Source: a virus. From it: a stretch of 64,000 bases of DNA. The DNA is taken from the IMG/VR virus record IMGVR_UViG_3300043811_000021, positions 70,146 to 134,145 of that record; one strand, written 5' to 3'. A program made the position numbers and the translations under genes. Below, piece by piece: positions 56,907 to 64,000 of the stretch (within the stretch, counting starts at the first letter, position 1; the number at the start of each line of letters is the position of its first letter). Under the pieces are notes generated by a model. The model did not search any database, had not been told where the DNA came from, and saw only the letters and a list, made by a program, of their open reading frames with translations.

Positions 56907-57345
56907 CGGAGTGAAAAGGCGTTGATCCTCTCGAAAAACTCCAGCGGTCGAAGTGTGTACAAAAGACAGTAATTGATGCCGGGAGTTCGGCGTACAGGCA
57001 ACCGCGTACAAACGTCAAGGCGCGTGAAACGTTGCGGGCTGGCGCGGTGACGTGTCTAGACGGTGAGCGAAGATCGTAAACCGTTTGCCGTCGCGTCCTG
57101 GGGACGATCCCCGCTCACGCGGGGAAACCCGCGTCTGAGTCTCTAATGTATATAGTGCTGTGAGTGACATTTTAATACTCCTATCGGCGTTAGGTTTTCC
57201 GACAAATATGTTTATGCGCGTTGTCTTTGTTATCCTCATACTGTGCATATCCTGTGCAAAACAAGTGGAAGACTGTCTGTAATTAACTTATTACAGTAGA
57301 CTTAAAAAATAGTTCAATCCACACTGATTTTATCGTGTTTGCCTA

Positions 57346-57375
57346 TTTACAAGTATTTATCACTACGCGCATAAT
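57346..57375 (+). promoter_or_regulatory. rightward promoter
   Basis: TTTACA-N18-CATAAT. Confidence 0.45.
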
Positions 57376-57440
57376 CACTCTACAATTTAATCTGGCATGT
57401 TGGCATACTGGGGACAGATGGATTGAGAGGATGGCTTCAC

Positions 57441-57734
57441 ATGAAAATCATCACCTTTGCATTGGCGATAGCTATTAGCGTAGCAGGCGGATTAATCGGC
57501 CTGTATGGATTCAACTCTTACATGGCGTACCGCGATAGCGCCGCGAACGAAAAGGCTATGCATCACGAAGCCGTTTTATCTGAAATGACTCAGACCGCCG
57601 ACCACGCGAAGATTGAGCAACTGGAAAAAGAACTGGAGATCTGCCAATATCGTTTGGCAGTTTTACAGGATGAGAAAATCGCTGACCAAACCCGCCAACT
57701 GAAAGTATTGAGAGGATTAGCCAATGAGCGTTAA
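57441..57734 (+). CDS. membrane-anchored coiled-coil protein
   Basis: MKIITFALAIAISVAGGLIGLY TM/signal segment, then coiled coil. Confidence 0.55.
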   Translation: MKIITFALAIAISVAGGLIGLYGFNSYMAYRDSAANEKAMHHEAVLSEMTQTADHAKIEQLEKELEICQYRLAVLQDEKIADQTRQLKVLRGLANER

Positions 57735-58755
57735 CCCAAAACAGCTATCCGAACTACTCGCCGCAATGATTCCTGCGCGTTTACCGCTACTCGTTACAGG
57801 CGCGCCGGGCGTAGGCAAGTCAGACATAATCAGCCAATCCGCGCATGAGGCGCAAGCTGATTTGATCATTAGCCACCCCGCTGTAGCAGATCCTACAGAC
57901 TTTAAGGGTTTGCCATGGCCTGTACAGGGAGCGGACTCGGCAACGTTTCTTCCCTTCGGAGAACTGTCCAAGGCAATCAATGCCACCCGTTCTACGGTAT
58001 GGTTTTTTGACGATCTTGGACAGGCTTCGCCAGCGGTACAGGCTGCATGTATGCAACTATTCCTAGCGCGTAGGGTGAACGGGCACGTTCTCCCTGATTG
58101 CGTGACGTTTGTAGGCGCAACAAACCGGAGAACCGACAGAGCCGGAGTTTCCGGCATCCTTGAGCCGGTAAAATCCCGCTTCGCCGCGATTGTCGAGTTA
58201 GAGGCAGACACTGACTCATGGTGTCAATGGGCTTTCAATCATTCCGTTTCGCCTACGCTCATTGCATTTTTGCGTTTTAAGCCTGATATGCTTTGCGCGT
58301 TCGCGGCAACGGCGGATTTGACTAACTCCCCCGTCCCGCGTACCTGGGGACACGTTGCCAAACTCGAAGCATTGAACCTCTCGCCTATAATCGAGTCCGC
58401 TGCTTTCGCGGGAGCGGTAGGGGAAGGCGCGGCGATTGAGTACATTGCCTTCCGTAAAATGGCACGGTCTCTTACCAGCATCGATGCGATTCTCTTGAAT
58501 CCCGATAAAGTCAAGATTCCGAGTAATATTGATGAACTGTACGCGACTACCATCGGCCTAGCGTCACGCGCAAACGAGACGAATTTTCCGAGAATTGCAA
58601 CCTATGCAAACCGGCTAGTAACTGAAGTCGATAAGGGCGAATTCGCTGCGCTGTTAGTCCGGGACGCTATCCGCCGGGACGAGAAAATCCAGTACACCGA
58701 TGCGTTTGTTCGGCTGAATTCCGGCGAGTTTGGCCAGCTTATTTCAGGAAAATAA
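57724..58755 (+). CDS. MoxR-like AAA+ ATPase
   Basis: GAPGVGKS, DPTDFKGLP, FFDDL, GATNR, SRF, PRTW. Confidence 0.9.
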   Translation: MSVNPKQLSELLAAMIPARLPLLVTGAPGVGKSDIISQSAHEAQADLIISHPAVADPTDFKGLPWPVQGADSATFLPFGELSKAINATRSTVWFFDDLGQASPAVQAACMQLFLARRVNGHVLPDCVTFVGATNRRTDRAGVSGILEPVKSRFAAIVELEADTDSWCQWAFNHSVSPTLIAFLRFKPDMLCAFAATADLTNSPVPRTWGHVAKLEALNLSPIIESAAFAGAVGEGAAIEYIAFRKMARSLTSIDAILLNPDKVKIPSNIDELYATTIGLASRANETNFPRIATYANRLVTEVDKGEFAALLVRDAIRRDEKIQYTDAFVRLNSGEFGQLISGK

Positions 58756-58817
58756 CCTCTTGATAGGGAGTCAACCGTTACCAGATCGTAACTGGAATTT
58801 ATATGGGAGTGTGAGTT

Positions 58818-59684
58818 ATGACCACAGCAGATCTTCACACACGCGCTATGCTTGTTTCGCTTCGCATCAGCGCATGGAGCGCAAGGAAGTATGACCGCAA
58901 GGTATCAGCCGATACCGCTGCCGCGCACGGAACTACCCTTGACGCGGGCCGGTACAATAAACACTTGTTACCTGGGGACGCGCCAGCGTATAAGGCGTTA
59001 GTTTCCCATATTGCCAACCTGCGAGTTAATCACTACGCACAGACTCTCGCATGGTCCGATGACGGATGGCGTCTCCTGCCCGTGAAAAACTACACGGCAT
59101 ACACCGATATGCTCCGAGCTGGATTCCATACCGCCGATTCCTTGCTTGCTGACTTCGCCGTCGAATACCCATCCTTGCGCCTTGAGGCAAAGCGCATTCT
59201 GAACGGAATGTATCAAGACACTGATTACCCGTCTGACATCCGAGCGAAGTATCAATGGGGAGTCGAATACGCTCCTGTTCCGTGCGGCGCGGATTTTCGC
59301 GTTACTCTCTCCGCTGAAGAGATTGAAACCATCGCGGCACGGACTGAAGCCCGCGTCAAGCAAGCATTTTCAGACGCACATAAAGACGCGGTATCCCGTC
59401 TCTATAAATGCGTCTCGAACATTCACGAACGTTTGGCGCAGCCAGATGCTATCTTCCGGGACTCGCTCATCGGCAATGCACGGGAGCTGTGCGATGTTCT
59501 TTCCCGCTTGAATCTCACCGATGATACGATCTTGGAAACCGTTCGCAAGCAGACTGAAATGCTTGCTACTACGGAACCAGCAACGCTCCGCAACGTTCCA
59601 GAAGTCCGCTCAGACGTGGCACAGCAAGCGCAGTCAATCCTTGACGCCATGACCGCAACGTACGGTAACATTTTCAGCAATTAG
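58818..59684 (+). CDS. DUF3150-like helical protein
   Basis: MLVSLRISAWSARKYD...TLAWSDDGWRLLP...DYP; typical partner of phage AAA/VWA pairs. Confidence 0.65.
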   Translation: MTTADLHTRAMLVSLRISAWSARKYDRKVSADTAAAHGTTLDAGRYNKHLLPGDAPAYKALVSHIANLRVNHYAQTLAWSDDGWRLLPVKNYTAYTDMLRAGFHTADSLLADFAVEYPSLRLEAKRILNGMYQDTDYPSDIRAKYQWGVEYAPVPCGADFRVTLSAEEIETIAARTEARVKQAFSDAHKDAVSRLYKCVSNIHERLAQPDAIFRDSLIGNARELCDVLSRLNLTDDTILETVRKQTEMLATTEPATLRNVPEVRSDVAQQAQSILDAMTATYGNIFSN

Positions 59685-59693
59685 GGGGAGTCA

Positions 59694-60803
59694 ATGTCCG
59701 CACAGTCAAAGATGGTATCCGCTAGAACGTCTTTAATCCTTGAGTCCCCGTTTTTCGGGCATCTGGCCTTGAGTCTCAATCTTAAGGCCGATACCGGATG
59801 TGAAACCGCATGGGTAGACGGTCGGACCCTGGGATACAATCCAGCGTTTATCGAGTCCTTACCGCATGAACAAATCACCGCGTTAATAGCGCATGAAGTC
59901 ATGCACTGCGCGTTAGGTCATCCGTGGCGCAGAGACGGGCGCAATTCCTACGGGTGGAACGTGGCCGCAGATCGTGCAATCAATCACGATCTTAAAGGCT
60001 CTGGTTTCAAACTTCCCCCCGGAGCACTTTATCCCTCGGCAGATGAGGAAGGCAAGTCCGCAGAGTGGATTTACGCCAGACAAGACGAAAATCAGGACGG
60101 CAACGGGAAAAGCAAACCAGACCCGCTCGGAGAACTGAGAGACGCGCCTAACGGTCCCGATGAAGACGGGAATCCCGCTCCGTCCGAGCAGGACTGGAAA
60201 CAGAAAATGGCTGAAGCGCTCAATAGCGCGAAAATGGCCGGTAAGGTTCCTGGGGGACTCGCCAGACTCGTTAAAGAGGCATTGCGTCCCCGCGTTGACG
60301 TTCGCTCTCTACTCTTGCGGTTTTTCAGTGAGCGGTCTAACGCCGATTACTCATGGTCCCGGCCTAACAGTCGATACATCGCACAGGGACTATATCTCCC
60401 CTCACTGGAATCATCGGCGTTAGGCGAGATAGCTGTTCTCTGTGACACATCGGGGAGTGTGGACGAAACGAGTCTCGCCTATGCGAGATCAATCCTTGAG
60501 CAAGTCTTAGACGAGGTAAACCCTGCCGGAGTCACACTGTACATGGTGGACACTGAAGTCCATACCGTCCACAGGATGGAACGGGGAGACCTTTTGACAT
60601 GGGAACCAAAAGGGGGAGGGGGGACCGATTTTAGCTCATTCTTCGAGACGGTAGAGACTGGCGATATTCAGCCTGTATGCGTTATCGGTATCAGTGACCT
60701 GTATGCGAATTTCGGCGAAACGGTCCCATCGGTCCCCGTGCTATGGCTATCGACTACAGATATGATTGCGCCGTTTGGAGAAACGGTCTCGCTGCCCGTC
60801 TAG
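59694..60803 (+). CDS. DUF2201-type metallopeptidase + VWA domain protein
   Basis: PFFG, TAWVDG, AHEVMH, WNVAAD, DTSGS MIDAS, GGGGTDF. Confidence 0.88.
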   Translation: MSAQSKMVSARTSLILESPFFGHLALSLNLKADTGCETAWVDGRTLGYNPAFIESLPHEQITALIAHEVMHCALGHPWRRDGRNSYGWNVAADRAINHDLKGSGFKLPPGALYPSADEEGKSAEWIYARQDENQDGNGKSKPDPLGELRDAPNGPDEDGNPAPSEQDWKQKMAEALNSAKMAGKVPGGLARLVKEALRPRVDVRSLLLRFFSERSNADYSWSRPNSRYIAQGLYLPSLESSALGEIAVLCDTSGSVDETSLAYARSILEQVLDEVNPAGVTLYMVDTEVHTVHRMERGDLLTWEPKGGGGTDFSSFFETVETGDIQPVCVIGISDLYANFGETVPSVPVLWLSTTDMIAPFGETVSLPV

Positions 60804-60810
60804 CTCTTCC

Positions 60811-60836
60811 TAGGGGAGTCCAGACGGATTCCCCTA
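60811..60836 (+). terminator. hairpin after the VWA gene
   Basis: TAGGGG(G)AGTCC-AGAC-GGATTCCCCTA inverted repeat, no U-tract. Confidence 0.35.
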
Positions 60837-60870
60837 CACTCTAAACCCTAACCAGAATGGAGAATGTCCG

Positions 60871-61155
60871 ATGAAACTGTTTAACATAGTCTACCTAACT
60901 GTTCTATTGGTCCTAGCCATCTTTGGGACCGCGTTCAACGTCCAATCTAAACGCTCCGATGCGTACATGATGGCGCAGATCAATGCACAAGACTTGATAC
61001 CTCACCTCAAACCATTAACCGTACGTTCCGGCTTAGGACCATTTACCAGCCACAGACGATACATCCGCGACACATCAGAAAACCGGAAGATTTACCATGC
61101 TTACTGGATCATACGTCCGGGGGATGGCTATTTGTACTCGGCATGGTGGGAATAG
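60871..61155 (+). CDS. hypothetical protein with N-terminal TM/signal
   Basis: MKLFNIVYLTVLLVLAIFGTAF; GGAG RBS. Confidence 0.55.
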   Translation: MKLFNIVYLTVLLVLAIFGTAFNVQSKRSDAYMMAQINAQDLIPHLKPLTVRSGLGPFTSHRRYIRDTSENRKIYHAYWIIRPGDGYLYSAWWE

Positions 61156-61231
61156 CCTCTAGTGGCATCCTAGCGCCAGCAAAGCGCATCTTAGCAAGCA
61201 TAGGTAAGCATTACCAGAATGCGATGCAAGC

Positions 61232-61384
61232 ATGATCAATCCAATGCGCGACTGTATGGCGCGATTCAAAGATGCGCCGATACCTGCTTTCAAGTATGGT
61301 CTATCAGGCATCGGCATCGTGTACGGCATGAGTGGAGCGCTGCTCCTATGGGCAATAGCCGTACTGGTAATCATTTTCCTGTAA
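61232..61384 (+). CDS. small membrane protein (not in ORF track)
   Basis: ...GLSGIGIVYGMSGALLLWAIAVLVIIFL. Confidence 0.4.
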   Translation: MINPMRDCMARFKDAPIPAFKYGLSGIGIVYGMSGALLLWAIAVLVIIFL

Positions 61385-61396
61385 ACGAGGTGACAC

Positions 61397-61591
61397 ATGG
61401 AACGCAAAGAAGACGCAATCCGCACAGCAGCGGTCTTATTCAAGCAAGCATGGACCAATGCCAGCGAGACAACTTACACACTGCCTACGGCTCCGCCCGA
61501 AGATCAATACTCAATCGCCGTCATCCTGGGATGCCATGAGAACTACCTGCACCATGCCAAGATCGTATGGTCTGGGCTACTCACGGCATAA
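61397..61591 (+). CDS. hypothetical protein
   Basis: GAGGTG RBS. Confidence 0.55.
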   Translation: MERKEDAIRTAAVLFKQAWTNASETTYTLPTAPPEDQYSIAVILGCHENYLHHAKIVWSGLLTA

Positions 61592-61660
61592 CCTGTTTCA
61601 CGTTGTTTGATAGCGAGTCAAAACTTTTCACAGTCCTACGCGCATAGGAGGCGCGAACTA

Positions 61661-61837
61661 ATGACCGAGCAAGGATGGTACTGGGTTTATCTGGGTCGTA
61701 ACTGGTACATGGGATACTTCGATCCTAAAACCAATTCCGTGCGGGCTAGGGGCGCAATCTACGGAGTGGAAGCGGTCAAGAAATTCGAGGGACCGCTGCT
61801 CCCGCCAGATGAGCGCATAACTGTCCTGTCAGACTAG
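61661..61837 (+). CDS. hypothetical protein (GWYWV...GPLLPP type)
   Basis: AGGAGG RBS before MTEQGWYWV. Confidence 0.55.
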   Translation: MTEQGWYWVYLGRNWYMGYFDPKTNSVRARGAIYGVEAVKKFEGPLLPPDERITVLSD

Positions 61838-61973
61838 CATCTTGATAGGCAACCAAAGGGAATTACGTCTTTTACTCCCTTGTCCACAACATTTCCTCAT
61901 TTTCTTCTTGACATTCGTGCGGGGATCAACTACCTTAAATACATGAGGCAACCAGCCTCCCGGAGACGGTAAA

Positions 61974-62336
61974 ATGAGTGGACGTAGACGCATCAAACGC
62001 AACGACGGTCGCAGCCCTTCACAGTCAGCCACAGAAAAGCGCCTCACCCCTTCAGACATTCGTCGCAGAGAAGCCCGCAAGGCAGAGCGTTCCGCTCTCG
62101 CCGCACAAGGGATGCTGCCCCAACAACCCAAGGCGTTCCGTTGCTTCGTCAACCGCCAGCAGCCAAACGACGCCATCTTTGAATCGCCAAATAGCCAACA
62201 GGATTTGAACAAGGAAATGTGCTCCCACTGGATTGAGACACCAAGTGAACATGTTGGCAATCGTCTCGCTGTCGCAGTCAATAACATGGAACTGTGGGCG
62301 GAAGAGCTTGTTGCTTCCGGGTGGATGCGCCTGTGA
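61974..62336 (+). CDS. IS passenger hypothetical protein
   Basis: GGAG RBS; inside the TIRs; overlaps the transposase start. Confidence 0.55.
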   Translation: MSGRRRIKRNDGRSPSQSATEKRLTPSDIRRREARKAERSALAAQGMLPQQPKAFRCFVNRQQPNDAIFESPNSQQDLNKEMCSHWIETPSEHVGNRLAVAVNNMELWAEELVASGWMRL

Positions 62337-63250
62337 GCCGCTCCACGATAAGCACCTTTCAGCTTTTCGAGATGTTCCCCGATGAGGAGACAGCGCGGCT
62401 CTACCTGGAGTCGCGCCTCTGGCCTAAAGGCGTGACCTGTCCCACTTGTGCCGGTCAGGACCGCATCACTCCACGCAAGGCTGGCTTCCACCGCTGCAAT
62501 AAGTGCCAACTTGACTTCACGATCCGTACTGGCACGATCTTCGAGCGCAGTCACATCCCGTTGCACAAGTGGCTTTACGCCATGTACTTGCTTGTCACCG
62601 CTCGCAAGGGAATATCTTCCATGCAGATCGCCAAAGAGCTCGGTGTACAGCAGAAAAGCGCATGGTTCATGCTTCATCGGCTCCGCGAGGCTTGCGGCGG
62701 CGAACTCGCCAAATTGCAAGGAATTGTCGAAGCCGATGAAGCCTTTTTTGGAGGCAAAGAAGCCAACAAACACGAGTCGAAGAAGCTCCGCGCCGGTCGC
62801 GGCTCTGTCGGCAAGACGGCGGTTGTGGGGCTGAGGGAGCGCGGCGGTCGCACCATCGCCTATCCCGTCCCGAACACAGACAAAGAGTGCTTGCAGGGTG
62901 CGGTCCTGAATAACGTCGAAGTCGGCACCCAATTGATGACCGATGAATCGACTGGCTACGCTGGAATTGGCGGTCTTTTTTTCGGCCATGAAACCGTGAA
63001 CCACAGCGCCGGAGAGTACAGCCGGGGAGATGTGAACACGAACTCTATCGAGAGCGTTTGGGCGGTAATGAAGCGCGGAATGTACGGCGTGTACCATCAC
63101 GCCAGCCCCAAACACCTGCACCGCTATGTGGACGAATTCACCTTCCGCTTGAATAATGGGGACGTGAAACGGCACACGCTGGACCGGCTCGATAGCTTCA
63201 TCAGAGCTGTTGACGGCAAGCGTCTGACCTACGCGAGGTTGATCCAATGA
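62294..63250 (+). CDS. IS1595-family (ISXO2-like) DDE transposase (start probably GTG 62333)
   Basis: RLWPKG.CP.C...C..C Zn ribbon, HTH, VEADE, LMTDE, VNHS, NTNSIES.W, YVDEFTFR. Confidence 0.95.
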   Translation: MGGRACCFRVDAPVSRSTISTFQLFEMFPDEETARLYLESRLWPKGVTCPTCAGQDRITPRKAGFHRCNKCQLDFTIRTGTIFERSHIPLHKWLYAMYLLVTARKGISSMQIAKELGVQQKSAWFMLHRLREACGGELAKLQGIVEADEAFFGGKEANKHESKKLRAGRGSVGKTAVVGLRERGGRTIAYPVPNTDKECLQGAVLNNVEVGTQLMTDESTGYAGIGGLFFGHETVNHSAGEYSRGDVNTNSIESVWAVMKRGMYGVYHHASPKHLHRYVDEFTFRLNNGDVKRHTLDRLDSFIRAVDGKRLTYARLIQ

Positions 63251-63384
63251 AGACTCCAAAGGTGCTCGATAAGATGGCCGATATTGTGCTTGCATACCGG
63301 CCTCCAGAGAAGCAAAAACCACCACGAACGCGAAAGAAATCCACAAAGCGGGTAACTCAAGATGAATCAACGAAACGGGAGTAA
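63247..63384 (+). CDS. small basic IS passenger ORF (not in ORF track)
   Basis: MKTPKVLDKMADIVLAYRPPEKQK...; ATGA-coupled; stop lies within the right TIR. Confidence 0.6.
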   Translation: MKTPKVLDKMADIVLAYRPPEKQKPPRTRKKSTKRVTQDESTKRE

Positions 63385-63428
63385 AGTACGTAAATCCCCA
63401 ACCAAAACCAACACGGGAGAACACGTTT

Positions 63429-63794
63429 ATGGAATACGGAATCCTTGTAGCTGAAAGCGAAGACGGTCAGTATCAGGTCATCGGCGCGGTCGATTCTATC
63501 GATGAAGCGCGAGAACTGGCAGAGAAATATCTGGTCCGTGCCGTTGATAGCGGATCAATCGCACCAGATCGCTTTGTAATCCATCGGCGCGGTGAATGGG
63601 GATGGTACACAGTCCGCGAACCTTTGGAACTAGACCCAGATGACAAGACAGCCCAAGAGATCGCAGAGCGTCTTCTGGGAATCAAAACTCTCGAAACCCG
63701 CAACTCAGACAGCTTAGACTTTCACTCTGTCTCTGTCTGGAAACTTAAGGCCGCGCTCAAAGCAGCATGGAAGGCTGGGAAAGAATCTCAATAG
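63429..63794 (+). CDS. protein with C-terminal DUF6900-like domain
   Basis: EIAERLLGIKTLETRNSDSLDFHSVSVWKLKAALKAAWKAG. Confidence 0.7.
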   Translation: MEYGILVAESEDGQYQVIGAVDSIDEARELAEKYLVRAVDSGSIAPDRFVIHRRGEWGWYTVREPLELDPDDKTAQEIAERLLGIKTLETRNSDSLDFHSVSVWKLKAALKAAWKAGKESQ

Positions 63795-63848
63795 CCTTTG
63801 ATAGCGGTCCAACGTCAACCCATAACAGATTTTCAGGAGAATACGCCA

Positions 63849-64000
63849 ATGGTTACCGTGACAGTGACATTCAAACGACTCAACCCAAAGACTCCGAGCG
63901 CATGGGATGCCACGGCAGCAGCCTACGCACAGAGTACCGGCAAAGACTTTGAGGCACTGCCGCTGTCCGAGCAAGTACGGCTCATTCGTGAACGGGTCGC
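63849..64000 (+). CDS. hypothetical protein, 3' truncated by the window edge
   Basis: AGGAG RBS; MVTVTVTFKRLNPK..., open to the end of the window. Confidence 0.5.
   Translation, partial: MVTVTVTFKRLNPKTPSAWDATAAAYAQSTGKDFEALPLSEQVRLIRERV

Larger units (their letters stand above)
61858..63398 (+). mobile_element. IS1595-family insertion sequence with passenger ORFs
   Basis: TIRs GGGAATTACGTCTTTTACTCCC (61858-61879) and GGGAGTAAAGTACGTAAATCCC (63377-63398), 19/22 match; 8-bp TSD CAACCAAA at 61850-61857 and 63399-63406. Confidence 0.95.

Noticed and set aside
56461-56910. CRISPR array
   Set aside because: Repeats are only 7-11 bp and irregularly spaced; no cas operon in the window
56747-57248. 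Short minus-strand ORFs in the divergent region
   Set aside because: No RBS, atypical composition and mutually overlapping; more likely non-coding
61829-63424. 531-aa minus-strand ORF spanning the IS
   Set aside because: Antisense shadow of the transposase; it crosses both TIRs and has no recognisable motifs

Overview
A 64 kb segment of a large tailed dsDNA phage with podovirus-like organisation; there are no clear host housekeeping genes. Positions 1-6.8 kb (+ strand) hold a glycan/modification cluster (PLOD-like GT, class I methyltransferase, B12-binding radical SAM, GT2) followed by small hypothetical genes. Positions 6.8-56.4 kb (- strand) hold accessory and regulatory genes and the morphogenesis region: TerS candidate, TerL plus a second truncated TerL paralog, portal, scaffold, major capsid, decoration protein, adaptors, tailspike and fibres, a GH73 lysis cassette, nozzle and ejection proteins. 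One HNH-type endonuclease is inserted on the opposite strand. After a non-coding divergence point with a visible rise in GC (~56.5-57.4 kb), a + strand early-like region encodes a MoxR-AAA / DUF3150-like / VWA-metallopeptidase triad and a complete IS1595-family element (22-bp TIRs, 8-bp TSD). The two most striking observations are (1) three tailspike/fibre-like proteins that begin with Sec-type signal peptides, plus two Tat-signal proteins, suggesting export and periplasmic maturation of virion appendages, and (2) an intact but catalytically degenerate, nuclease-less TerL paralog beside the real TerL. Product calls come from motif recognition and synteny only; no database searches were run.
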